Source: Candidatus Bathyarchaeota archaeon (GTDB lineage Archaea; Thermoproteota; Bathyarchaeia; Bathyarchaeales; Bathycorpusculaceae). From it: a DNA stretch of 64,000 bases. Positions 20,837 to 31,212 of this stretch are shown here, piece by piece. The notes beneath the pieces are model-generated. The model searched no databases. It was not told the origin of the DNA and worked only from the letters and a program-made list of their open reading frames with translations. Position numbers and translations under genes: made by a program. The stretch spans positions 2,944,001 to 3,008,000 of the forward strand of contig OY970340.1 of assembly GCA_963717465.1 (NCBI GenBank). The letters are read 5' to 3'. How positions within the stretch are numbered: position 1 is the first letter of the stretch; every line of letters starts with the position of its first letter.

Positions 20837-22120
20837 TTAGGGCTTAATTTCTTCTGATGCTTTAACCATAGGCAAGGTCAAGTTGCCATGAGGCAATGCC
20901 CAAACTCTTGCTCCAGAACCTGCAAGTTTCAAAGCCTCCGCGAAAGCGTCGTTGACGGCTCTTGCTGTCTTGAGCTTAAAAATGTTTATAGCATAGTAAT
21001 CTGGCAGTGACGAGACCAAAATAATCTGGTGATTCTGAAGAGCTTTCAATAAATAATAAGCTTTATGGCCGCCCATTACGAAGTTTCGTTTGATTTCCCG
21101 CTCCACATTCTTCAAGTCTCCAAACTTTGTCATCCAATCATAAAAAACCTGGTTTCCATGACCTTCAAGACATTCTGCAACCAAAATTATTACACCCCCA
21201 CGTTTCACAACTTCCAAAGCATTGTCTAATGCCTTGTATGCTTGATACAGATTTATGTCTGAAGGATATCCTCCAGCGCTTACAACAGCGATGTCCGCTC
21301 GGCGATCCACGGTGACGCTATACATGGCATCCACAAGTTTAACAGCTTCCGAAAAAGCCAATTCTAAATCGCCAGCAAACGCCTTGACAATTTCGTTTTT
21401 TCCATTCGTAACAACATTAACTATGAAATCAACTTTCGCCAGTCTAGCTGCTTCAGTCATGTCTTGATGCACTGGATTGTTTTCTAAAATTCCTGTTCGC
21501 GCATTAGAATGCAAAAGCATGGCATGGTTATGCTGAATGCTTTCTGCCCCACAAACCGCTGGCAAAACACTTTTTCTGCCTCCACCGTAACCAGCGTAAT
21601 AATGGAAACAAACGTCTCCTAAAAGCACTTTTACATCAGCCTGTGCAAAAACCTTGTTTAGGTAAATTTTGTTGCCAAAAGTCTTAGTTGATCCAACTAG
21701 GACTAAATCTTCTGCATTGCAATCATGGCTTAATGTTTTTACTCGTTTAAGCGCTTCTTCACCTAATAGTGCGGTTGCTTCTTCAGGTTTAACTGCTCGA
21801 TGTAAGCCACAACCGAAAATAACTGTGATATTCTCATCTTTGACGTCACCGGTATTTAATTCGGCAAGCACTGGTAATAGCATTACTTCACTTGGTGTAT
21901 GCCTAGTGGCATCGTCAACTACGATGGCTACTTTATGCTCAGGTTTAACTATTTCACTTAACCGTTTAGATCCTAACGGTTCCTTCAAGGCTCGCTCCAC
22001 TTCAGCTTTGCCATCCGCTACGCCTTTGTGTTCTGTTGGCTCTATAACTCCTAAAAAGTTTCGAGCTGGAATTCGAACGCACACATCAGTTTTTCCGTAC
22101 GGAAGCCAAACATCTACCAT
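20837..22120 (-). CDS. larA: Nickel-pincer-dependent lactate racemase family protein
   Basis: IVVDDATR, GCGLHR, HYYAGYGGGRKS, SAGGYPSDINLYQAYK, AECLEGHG, GGHKA. Confidence 0.9.
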   Translation of the reverse strand: MVDVWLPYGKTDVCVRIPARNFLGVIEPTEHKGVADGKAEVERALKEPLGSKRLSEIVKPEHKVAIVVDDATRHTPSEVMLLPVLAELNTGDVKDENITVIFGCGLHRAVKPEEATALLGEEALKRVKTLSHDCNAEDLVLVGSTKTFGNKIYLNKVFAQADVKVLLGDVCFHYYAGYGGGRKSVLPAVCGAESIQHNHAMLLHSNARTGILENNPVHQDMTEAARLAKVDFIVNVVTNGKNEIVKAFAGDLELAFSEAVKLVDAMYSVTVDRRADIAVVSAGGYPSDINLYQAYKALDNALEVVKRGGVIILVAECLEGHGNQVFYDWMTKFGDLKNVEREIKRNFVMGGHKAYYLLKALQNHQIILVSSLPDYYAINIFKLKTARAVNDAFAEALKLAGSGARVWALPHGNLTLPMVKASEEIKP

Positions 22121-22274
22121 GACAATATCACGAATTGTATATTACATGTCACGTTATAAGAAGCTATTAAGCATTATCAAAACATGAAACATGAACAAAA
22201 GCCAGCGATAAGTTACGTTCAACACAACTTCTTTAAAATGCAGTGTTTATAATATTTATTTAGGAATTGAGCAA

Positions 22275-22967
22275 ATGAGCATCCAAAAGACACCTGAAAA
22301 AAACACTGTCCTGTTTGCATGGTTTAACCAGTACTCAGGCATACTTCTCAAAACACCCACAAAAACCTTGATTATAGATCCTGTTGAAGTCAAAACCAAG
22401 AATATACAGAATATTGACGCAATTCTAATAACACATGAACATTATGATCACTTTGACCCAAGATTAATCGTGGACATCCAAAAAATAACAAACTGCACAA
22501 TAATCGCAGATTCAGCCTCTGCTAAACGATTGCAACTAGTAATTCCAACCGAGAAACTCCAAGAGATTTCTCCCGGACAAGAAGTGAAAATCGGCGAAGT
22601 ATTGGTGAGAGCTGAAAAATGCAAGCACACTGCAGAGGCACCAGTAACGTACATTATAACCAGCGAAGATGGCGTAAAAATATACCACACCGCGGATAGT
22701 CTGCCTTTTCCAGAATTAGCTACTATGGGGCAGAAAGAGAAATTCGACGTAGTCTTCTGCACTGTCGGAATCTCAGTCGGAGCCACCCCTGAAACAGGCT
22801 TTGAAATCGCTAGATTAACAAGACCTCAAGTAGCAGTTCCATACCATACAAATTCAACAGCAGATCAAACCGAGTTCGCGACAAGACTAAAGAAACAATT
22901 GCCTAAAATTGCATGCTTGATTCCTGAGGTAAACAAGATTTACCAAGTTACAAAAAGCAGTAAGTGA
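22275..22967 (+). CDS. Metallo-beta-lactamase-fold hydrolase (UlaG-like)
   Basis: LIIDP, ILITHEHYDH, IYHTADS, VAVPYH. Confidence 0.9.
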   Translation: MSIQKTPEKNTVLFAWFNQYSGILLKTPTKTLIIDPVEVKTKNIQNIDAILITHEHYDHFDPRLIVDIQKITNCTIIADSASAKRLQLVIPTEKLQEISPGQEVKIGEVLVRAEKCKHTAEAPVTYIITSEDGVKIYHTADSLPFPELATMGQKEKFDVVFCTVGISVGATPETGFEIARLTRPQVAVPYHTNSTADQTEFATRLKKQLPKIACLIPEVNKIYQVTKSSK

Positions 22968-23602
22968 TAAGCTTGGAAACAGAAAAGAATTTGGGAAAAA
23001 AACGTGGAGTATTAGTTAATATACTTTTTAAGATTGACGCCTTGAAATTTGGTGTTTTCAAATTATCCAGTGGAAAAGCAAGCCCATACTATGTTGACTT
23101 AAGAGTAGTTCCCAGTTTTCCCGATGCTTACCATGAAATATGCGATTTCTATGGTGAATCAATAAAAAATCAAATCGGAATTAATAACTTTAATAGGATC
23201 GCAGGTATACCGTTGGCAGGCATCCCATTTGCATCTCAAATCGCATACAACTTGAATAAACCTTTTTTGTACTTGCGAAAAGGCGTTAGTCATCATGGAA
23301 GAGAAAGAAGAGTTGAAGGCGTCCTTGCCTCAGGAGACAAGGTCTTGCTCGTTGATGATTTAGTTACTACGGGATTAACTTTGAAGAAAGCAGCCGATGC
23401 GATAAGAGCTGAAGGGGGAGTGGTAACGCAGGCTGTCGCCTTTTTAGACCGTGAAGAAGGTGGCGCAAAGAAGCTTGAAGAAAACGGAATAAAACTTTAT
23501 GCTCTTTTAAAGATAAGTGAAGTCGCAAAAAGCCTGTATGAAATGGGAGCTATTGAAGAAGATAGCCTAAAAACAATACTAAAGCAAGTAAAAAAGAAAT
23601 AG
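22964..23602 (+). CDS. pyrE: Orotate phosphoribosyltransferase
   Basis: FGVFKLSSGKASPYYVDLR; PRPP motif VLLVDDLVTTG; LDREEG. Confidence 0.95.
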   Translation: MISLETEKNLGKKRGVLVNILFKIDALKFGVFKLSSGKASPYYVDLRVVPSFPDAYHEICDFYGESIKNQIGINNFNRIAGIPLAGIPFASQIAYNLNKPFLYLRKGVSHHGRERRVEGVLASGDKVLLVDDLVTTGLTLKKAADAIRAEGGVVTQAVAFLDREEGGAKKLEENGIKLYALLKISEVAKSLYEMGAIEEDSLKTILKQVKKK

Positions 23603-23607
23603 CATTA

Positions 23608-24168
23608 TCACTCGTAAAAGATTAAACTTTTTTCTTCAAGAAGCGCATGCAATTTTCCAACTGCATCGTAAACATCTTGCTCTTTCTTAGCTCCAGTGCA
23701 AACGAGCTTTCCACTGGCAAACTGAAGAATCACTACTTTAGGTTCTTCCATACGATAGATTAAGCCTGGAAACTGCTCAGGTTCATACATTGCATGTCCA
23801 AGAGTGTAAGCTGCTTTTTCAAGATCAACCAAGCCACCTAAAGATGCAGATGCAACAATATTTTGAATCTTCAACTCTGGTTTACTTATTATTATTATTC
23901 CGCCCTTCTTCAACTCCTTAATAACTTTCATTACCGCTCTGCGCGACTCTTTTTCTGACTTGGCTCCAGTACAAACCATTTTTCCAGAATTAAAAATCAA
24001 AGTGGCAGTTTTCGGCCTTTTAATTCTAAAAACTAAACCAGGAAACTGCTCAGGATGATACTCAACCCCAGGGTACCCTTTCACTACAGCGTTTAAATCC
24101 ACCTTTTGATTTAACGTTGCAGAAGCCACAACGTTTTCGATGCCTATTATCGCTTTAACCTTTGGCAT
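23608..24168 (-). CDS. tbp: TATA-box-binding protein
   Basis: Two repeats: IENVVAS...YHPEQFPGLVFR...FNSGKMVCTGAKS and IQNIVAS...YEPEQFPGLIYR...FASGKLVCTGAK. Confidence 0.99.
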   Translation of the reverse strand: MPKVKAIIGIENVVASATLNQKVDLNAVVKGYPGVEYHPEQFPGLVFRIKRPKTATLIFNSGKMVCTGAKSEKESRRAVMKVIKELKKGGIIIISKPELKIQNIVASASLGGLVDLEKAAYTLGHAMYEPEQFPGLIYRMEEPKVVILQFASGKLVCTGAKKEQDVYDAVGKLHALLEEKSLIFYE

Positions 24169-24383
24169 GCGTTTCCTCTCTTATGTGCGCACCATCAATG
24201 TTTATCCTGTATTAAATGTATTTCTTAATAAACCCATTTATGCGTTACCTATAGCGTTCTTAAGGCAGGCACTTAAAATTTTGATTTTATCATTTACAGG
24301 AGACAACTTTCTTATGCCATTCAGAAATCTCATTGAAAAAAAGAAAATTGGGAAGCAATTATTAGTGAACGTGAAGTTCTCTT

Positions 24384-24554
24384 TTAGATTTTCTTTTTGC
24401 TTAGTACTTCTCGGAACGTAGCGTGGCATTTCGGACATTCATAAAGACCGATTTCAAGTTGCATTCTTTTCCCAGATTTATCCGGGCGACCAGCCATTTT
24501 CCAAGTCTTCTTTGACTTTGAAACTTCTGTTCCACACTTTGGACATTTAGCCAT
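24384..24554 (-). CDS. Cren7-like chromatin protein, zinc-ribbon variant (56 aa; not in ORF track)
   Basis: MAKCPKCGTEVSKSKKTWKMAGRPDKSGKRMQLEIGLYECPKCHATFREVLSKKKI; K-x-W...IGL(Y/F)...FR pattern of Cren7; GGAGG ribosome-binding site. Confidence 0.8.
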   Translation of the reverse strand: MAKCPKCGTEVSKSKKTWKMAGRPDKSGKRMQLEIGLYECPKCHATFREVLSKKKI

Positions 24555-24824
24555 TCCTTTTCCTCCGTATATTATGGATTCTTGTTTTATCTAGATGGAT
24601 AAAAAACTTTCCATAGTTTTTGAATAGATAACTTCCATTTTTCCGTGAAAATTAGACATATATTTGTTAATGCTCAAGAAAAACAACGAAAAATTGCTAA
24701 AATTAAATTCTCGTCTTGAGATCATTTAAGTAACCAATTAAGCTTGATCTTTTTTGAAGAAAAAGCCAAAATGTTTTTTACGACTCCTTCAAGATTAGTT
24801 TTGATATCGAAGGTTTAAATTAAC

Positions 24825-27702
24825 GTGGAAGAGGTTTCTGAAAATTCTTTTGCGGCACTCGTGAAGCCAATTCGAAGACTTATCGAACAGAAAGGTTTCT
24901 CTAAGCCAACTGATCCTCAAGAGAAAACGATACCAAGAATTCTTGAAGGCAAAAATGTTCTTTTGATTTCGCCAACTGCAACTGGCAAAACAGAAGCGGC
25001 TTTTCTTCCAGTGTTGAGCATGCTTTTGAAAGAACCTAGAACTCCAGGAATAAAAGTGCTTTACATAACACCGTTGAGGGCATTAAATAGGGATTTGCTT
25101 GAACGGCTTGAATGGTGGTGCAATAACCTGGATATTAAACTGGCAGTTCGGCATGGAGACACTGACACAAAAGAACGCGCCCGTCAATCACGAAGCCCTC
25201 CGGACATCTTAATCACGACGCCTGAAACGTTGCAGATAATTCTTTCAGGTTGGCTTCTGCGACAACACCTGCAAAGTTTACGTTGGGTAGTAGTTGATGA
25301 AGTACATGAGTTAGCTGACAGCAAACGCGGAAGTCAAATGTCTCTTGCGTTGGAGCGAGTCCGTGATCTCATCGGAAAAGATTTCCAAACAATCGGTTTA
25401 TCAGCAACTATTGGAAGCCCAGAAAAAGTTGCACATTTCCTTGCAGGGGCTAATCGACCTGTAGAAATTATTCGCGTGCCCGTGGCTAAAATGGTTAAGC
25501 TTCAAGTTATTTATCCAGAACCCACAGAAGAAGACTCAAGGTTCGCAGCGAAAATATACACTCACCCTGAAGTCGCTGCTAGACTGCGAATTATACGGGA
25601 TTTGATGAGTAAACGCAAATCTGTTCTCCTATTTACAAACACGCGTTCAATATCTGAAGTCTTGGCGTCAAGGTTCAAAGTTTGGGACGTAGATTTTCCT
25701 GTTTCTATTCATCACGGCTCACTAGCTAAGCCTTCTCGCATTGCAGCTGAAACGGGATTAAAAAGCGGCGAGCTTAAAGGTTTAATCGCTACCAGCAGCT
25801 TAGAACTTGGAATTGATGTTGGACGAATAGATTTAGTCATCCAATATATGAGTCCAAGACAAGTAGCACGTTTAATTCAACGAGTTGGACGTGCAGGCCA
25901 CACTTATGGCGACGTTGCAGAAGGGATAATAATTGGGATGGATTCTGACGATACGCTTGAAGCGTTAGTTATCGCACGAAGAGCCCTAAAAGAAGAATTG
26001 GAACCGGTCGAAATTCCAGATAAACCTTATGACGTTTTAGTTGATCAAATAGCGGGATTATTGCTTAAGAAAAGGAGGTTAGAGTTTGCTGAAATCTTGG
26101 AGTTGGCACGCAACGCTGCGCCCTACCAAAATTTAACCTTGCAAGATGTTGAAAAAGTGATTAAGTACATGCACAATCGGTTTCCACGTTTAGCTTGGGC
26201 TTCTTTTGAGGATAAGGTAGTGCTTAAACCTCAAAAAACCAAAGCGTTGTTCGAGTATTATTTTGATAATTTATCGATGATTCCTGAGGAAAAACAGTTT
26301 CTTGTTATAGATGAATCAGCAAACACTTCAATTGGAGTTTTGGATGAAGCGTTCATGGCAGAGTACGGTAAGCCTGGAACAAAATTTATTATTCGTGGTA
26401 GCCCCTGGCAGATAATTCACGCAAGCGAAGACAAAGTTTACGTCAGACCAGTAATTGATCCAACAGGTTCAATTCCAAGTTGGATAGGCGAGGAAATTCC
26501 TGTTCCATACGAAGTTGCCCAAGAAGTGGCATACATTCGCGGTTTTGTTGAAGAGAAAACGCATAGTGGACTTTCACCCGATGAAATCAGCGTTTTACTG
26601 TCAGAGCAGTATCCAGCTGATAAAGAAACAATTCTTCATGCTTTACGGGAAACTTTAGAGCAGGTAAACGCTGGCATCGCTGTCCCCACTTCAAAACACT
26701 TGGTGCTTGAAGATTGGGATGATTTTGTTATAGCGCATTCTAATTTTGGTTCACTTACTAACCGTGCCCTAGCCCAGTTTCTGGGACAAGTGTTGTCAGA
26801 TAAACTTGGACGAGGAATTGTCGTTCAGCACGATCCTTACCGCATCTTCTTGCAAACGATGGGAGCATTAAATTCTGAGCAATTGGCTGAAATTTTTAAT
26901 GAGCTAAAAGATTTGCCTGAACAGGCGATAAGAAACACGTTAACGTTGTCGACTGTAAAAACAGGTTTATTCAAACGACGCGTTATTCAGGTAGCCAGAC
27001 GCTTTGGTGCTTTGAAAAAGTGGGCTGACTTTAGCAACATCAGCATCCAAAAACTAGTCACTAGTTTTGAGGGAACCCCCATTTATGAAGAAGGACTTAA
27101 AGAAGTATTCTCAAACGACATTAGTGCAGATGGACTTGTTATGGTTTTGAAGCGGATTCACGATGACGACATACAAGTGACGGTGTTGGCTCCAAATGAA
27201 AATGCCTCGCCTGTAGCCCGTGTGGGAATTGAACGGGTAAGCATGAAAACCGATTTAATTCCTCCAGAGCGGATGCGTGCGGTTCTTGTAGAGTCAGCCA
27301 GAGGCTCGGCTGCTTAATGAAACAGGCAATTTTGTTTGTACAAACTGTTGGGATTACATGGAGATGATTCGCGTTAAAGATTTACCTGACCGACCTAAGT
27401 GCCCAAGATGCGGTTCCTTTGCCCTTGGACTTCTGAAGGTAGAGGAAGAAAAAGCTATGCCGCTAATTGAGAAAAAAGGTGAGAAATTGGCTAAGAACGA
27501 GGAAAAAATGCAGTTGCAAGCTAAACAGAGTGCACAGTTAATTGAAAAGTATGGAAAAGGTGCCGTAATCGGTTTAAGTGCCCGTCGCGTTTCCGTGGCA
27601 GATATTACCAGCGTTTTAGAGAAGGAGCAAAAGCCTTCAGACAAGTTTTACGAGTTAATTTTAGAAGCTGAACGTAAAGCGTTAAGTAAAAGGTTTGAAT
27701 AA
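24825..27702 (+). CDS. lhr: Lhr-family SF2 helicase with C-terminal Cys4 motif; frameshift near 27300
   Basis: PTATGKTEAA, YITPLRALNRD, DEVH, GLSATIG, HHGSL, ATSSLELGIDVG, QRVGRAGH; the shifted frame continues ARLLNETGNFVCTNC...CPRC into ORF 27358..27702. Confidence 0.93.
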
Positions 27703-27802
27703 AATAAGTTGCAAACAACTTGTGCCTGTGAATAGTTAAACTTTTAAACAAAGAGATATATTCGCTTACATACTTCTATTAATTACATTCGGAGAGTCTA
27801 AA

Positions 27803-28129
27803 GTGGAAATAAGCCGAAAAAACATGCGCGAAGAAGTTCTTCAGCGAGTCAAATTTGTTAAAACATGCGTTATGGCTAGAGAATTATGTTTACTGGTGCG
27901 GACGCAACGTTCCGTTTTAGAGCCAAAGGATGTTCAAGAAATTTGCTCATTCATTTCTAATCTTTGCAAAGAAGGAGGCTGCAAGGAACCAAGCGAATTA
28001 TGCAGTAAAGCTGCTAAAGCCTTGAATGCTAACGAGGAAGATAAGTATTTAGAGTTATGTGCTCAAAGCTGCACTAAATGCGGTGAAGCAAAAAGACCCC
28101 AACCTAAAAGAGAAGCTTACATAACATAG
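27803..28129 (+). CDS. Cysteine-rich helical hypothetical protein
   Basis: 108 aa with 9 Cys, ending CAQSCTKC; GGAG ribosome-binding site. Confidence 0.75.
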   Translation: MEISRKNMREEVLQRVKFVKTCVMARELCLLVRTQRSVLEPKDVQEICSFISNLCKEGGCKEPSELCSKAAKALNANEEDKYLELCAQSCTKCGEAKRPQPKREAYIT

Positions 28130-28143
28130 TATGGTGAACCGAA

Positions 28144-28626
28144 ATGACGTTTATTGCGCCTTTTGTTCCTACGCCCGCTATCGTGGTTGAACGGATGCTG
28201 CAAATGGTTGACTTGAAAGCTGGCGAAATTTTTTTTGATATGGGAGCTGGAGATGGAAGGACGCTTATTATGGCAGCAAAGGATTTTGGCGCACGAGGCG
28301 TAGGAATCGAGTTACGAGAAGATTTAGCCAAAAAAGCACTTAGCAATATTGAAAGCAATGGTCTCACTGATCGAATAACAATCGTTAATGGCAACATGTT
28401 TAACGTAAACTTGACTTCTGCAGACGTTGTTTTTCTATACTTAACTACAAGCGCTAACGAAAAAATCAAGCCTAAGCTTGAGAATGAATTAAAAAAAGGC
28501 GTGCGCGTTGTTTCGCATGATTATGAGATTATAGGTTGGAAACCCGAGAAAGTTGAGAATTTCTGTGAGAACCCCAAGCTGGGTTATCCAACGCACATGC
28601 TTTATGTTTACAAGAAGCCTCAGTAG
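28144..28626 (+). CDS. Class I SAM-dependent methyltransferase, aKMT-like protein-lysine methyltransferase
   Basis: APFVPTP, DMGAGDGR, GVGIE, ADVVFLYL, RVVSHDY. Confidence 0.85.
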   Translation: MTFIAPFVPTPAIVVERMLQMVDLKAGEIFFDMGAGDGRTLIMAAKDFGARGVGIELREDLAKKALSNIESNGLTDRITIVNGNMFNVNLTSADVVFLYLTTSANEKIKPKLENELKKGVRVVSHDYEIIGWKPEKVENFCENPKLGYPTHMLYVYKKPQ

Positions 28627-28825
28627 TCTAAAAATAAGCAGATAATTACTAACGACTTCAATGAAGCACTTTATTCTCTTGATCATTTGTTACTTGAACG
28701 CAAAACTGGTCAAGACACTCCATCAAAATTACGATATTCTGAGTATCAACATGCAAATTGTTACAAAAAAGTTCAAAAACAGCCCCAAAAACTTTAATTG
28801 CATATTTAGCCGTGACTTTTAAGAA

Positions 28826-29353
28826 GTGCGAATGATGCAGTTTGTTCCATGGCGAAATATAGCTAATTGGCAATGCAGCGGTTGCGGTTCCTGCTGCAAA
28901 CTGTACAGTGTCGTCATCAACTTTAGCGAGTGGCTAAAAATAACTGAGGCTTACGGTGCATACTCAACTGTTTCCGGTCCTAACGATTTCTACATTAGAC
29001 GACAAAATGACGGCTCATGCAGTTTCCTTCAGAATAACTATGGCAATTACTGCTGTGCATTACAGAACATGAAGCCGCAAGCATGTAAGCTTTGGCCTTT
29101 CAGGGTTCTGTCTTATCCTAGATATGGAGAGGAAAATCAAGCATCTTACGTTTACGGTGGCGCTAAGATTTACATTTATGCTGACACAAAATGCAACGGC
29201 TTAAAATATGGTTCACCAACATGGGATTTTCTCAATATAACGATTAAGGAATTAGCGGAGATAGCTTTAGGCATAAGAAATGAGCAGCATAAAACAACTA
29301 GAGCTCAGTCACCCTCGCCTCAATCCTGGGGAAGACAGCTGAGATTTCCATAA
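28826..29353 (+). CDS. YkgJ-family cysteine cluster protein
   Basis: WQCSGCGSCC, CSFL, CALQNMKPQACKLWPF. Confidence 0.9.
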   Translation: MRMMQFVPWRNIANWQCSGCGSCCKLYSVVINFSEWLKITEAYGAYSTVSGPNDFYIRRQNDGSCSFLQNNYGNYCCALQNMKPQACKLWPFRVLSYPRYGEENQASYVYGGAKIYIYADTKCNGLKYGSPTWDFLNITIKELAEIALGIRNEQHKTTRAQSPSPQSWGRQLRFP

Positions 29354-29509
29354 ACTATGATATTCACTGCTAAATTTTAAGTGTTCATTTTACATGCGTT
29401 TTTGCGTTGATTAGATGCTTATTTGAGGAATGCACAGAGCTTCAAGGGATTAAGTTATTAAATTGGTTTAAAGAGTTAACACTATCAATTTAACAAAGGG
29501 AGCCTTTAC

Positions 29510-30292
29510 ATGTCTAAAGTTAAGATTGGCTTATCAATGCTTTATTGTCTAGGTGAACCTTTCAGCAAGATGATTAAGCGTTTAAGCAAAGTTGAATCTC
29601 GCCATATCGAGATCGTGGATGATGGGGTGCATGAACTTGATAAAGAACGTGTTCTTCTTCTTAAGGAACAGGCAAAATCTTGCAGTATCGAATTCTCGGT
29701 GCATGCTCCTTTTGCTAACATCAATATTGCTTCACCGTCAAACGTCATGTTAGCTCCCACGCTTAAGCGCCTCAAACAATCACTCGAATTTGCTAGTAAA
29801 CTGGACGCTAAACTCTGGGTTTTCCATCCTGGACAAAAAACGGGAATCAGCCAATTTTATCCAGGCAAAGATTGGAAACAAAACGTTGAGAGCATTCAGA
29901 AGATATACGCGCAATCAGAAGAGTATGGGGTAAATATTGCATTAGAAAATCTTCCTGCTAAATATTGGTCTGTAATGAGCACGCCTAAAGATTTTGCAAA
30001 GTTTTATAGAGAAACGAAATTGCCTATCGGTATCGTATTAGATGTTGGACATGCTAATCTTGAAGGTCAAAATGAACCTTTCTTCGCCCAGTTAGCTGAT
30101 AAAATTGTCCATTTACATGTAAGCGACAACTGTGGCGTTGAAGATGAACATTTAGGTTTGGGCTTTGGGAAAATCGATTGGACACATATTGCTGAATCGC
30201 TTAATAAAATTGATTTTGACAAAGTTATCGTTATTGAGTCGACTGACCATGTACATGAAAGCATACAAAAACTCAAGCAACTATTCGCTTAG
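29510..30292 (+). CDS. Sugar phosphate isomerase/epimerase (AP endonuclease 2 TIM barrel)
   Basis: SVHAPF, VFHPG, ALENL, LDVGHAN, HLHVSDN, DEHL, VIE. Confidence 0.9.
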   Translation: MSKVKIGLSMLYCLGEPFSKMIKRLSKVESRHIEIVDDGVHELDKERVLLLKEQAKSCSIEFSVHAPFANINIASPSNVMLAPTLKRLKQSLEFASKLDAKLWVFHPGQKTGISQFYPGKDWKQNVESIQKIYAQSEEYGVNIALENLPAKYWSVMSTPKDFAKFYRETKLPIGIVLDVGHANLEGQNEPFFAQLADKIVHLHVSDNCGVEDEHLGLGFGKIDWTHIAESLNKIDFDKVIVIESTDHVHESIQKLKQLFA

Positions 30293-31212
30293 CTATTAGG
30301 CAAGGGCAACTCTAAAACCAAGAAATCCTCAGCTAAAATTGACTCAGCAAAAACTTTTTTCGCTTGCTCCAAAAGCAACTTTGCATCAGGATATCTCGCG
30401 CTGATATGAGTTAAAACTAGTTTTTTTGCATCTGCAGCCTTTGCTTGTTCTGCTGCTTGGCTTGGAGTTGAATGCCCATCTTCCAACGCTTTGTCACTCA
30501 GGGAATCATCAAAGGTGCAATCATGAATAATCAAATCTGCGCCCTTAGCAAATTTTACAAACGATTTGAAGGGGCGAGTGTCGCCGGTGTAAACAATTTT
30601 TCGGCCTAACCTTTTTTGCCCCATTACATCTTGAGGTTTAACTATTTTGCCGTTTGCCAGTTTGACTTGTTTACCACCTTGAAGCCGTGACCATAACTCA
30701 CCCTCAGGAACGCCAAGAGCTAAAGCTTTATCAGGATAGAATTTTCCTGGGCGCGGCTTCTCCAAAAAAGCGTAAGCTAAACTATCAGTAACATGATTAG
30801 ACTTCACAACACGAACATTGTATTCTTCTTCCTTGCAGATTACACCTTCACTTAACACTTCAAAAACTCGAACAGGATACGTTAAACCAAACTGCAATGT
30901 TTCCTGAACGCACTCCATAAAAGCATGAATTCCCGCTGGACCATAAACGTCTAAAGGTTTTTTCCGGTCCATCAAAGCCATTGTCTGCAAAACGCCTGGT
31001 AAACCCAACACGTGATCTCCGTGTAGATGAGAAATAAAGACCTTTGTTTTCTTGTGAAAACTCACTTTTGCCTGCATCATTTGACGTTGAGTGCTTTCTC
31101 CACAATCAAACATCCACTGCTCCTCAGGACACTGAACAATAACGGCTGGCAAGCTACGTTTTAGCGTTGGGACACTGCCGCTTGTTCCCAGAAAAACGAT
31201 TTGCATACTCAA
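30289..31212 (-). CDS. rnz: Ribonuclease Z
   Basis: FLGTSGSVP, FDCGE, SHLHGDHVLG, exosite arm, YTGDTRP, GHST, LTHISARY. Confidence 0.96.
   Translation of the reverse strand: MSMQIVFLGTSGSVPTLKRSLPAVIVQCPEEQWMFDCGESTQRQMMQAKVSFHKKTKVFISHLHGDHVLGLPGVLQTMALMDRKKPLDVYGPAGIHAFMECVQETLQFGLTYPVRVFEVLSEGVICKEEEYNVRVVKSNHVTDSLAYAFLEKPRPGKFYPDKALALGVPEGELWSRLQGGKQVKLANGKIVKPQDVMGQKRLGRKIVYTGDTRPFKSFVKFAKGADLIIHDCTFDDSLSDKALEDGHSTPSQAAEQAKAADAKKLVLTHISARYPDAKLLLEQAKKVFAESILAEDFLVLELPLPNS

Noticed and set aside
22275..22967. MBL hydrolase as glyoxalase II of a methylglyoxal pathway
   Set aside because: The motifs look UlaG-like and the gene overlaps pyrE; nothing points to glyoxalase specificity.
24384..24554. 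RNA polymerase subunit Rpo12 (P)
   Set aside because: The CxxC spacing is too long and the C-terminus does not fit; the W and IGLY...FR pattern fits Cren7 better.
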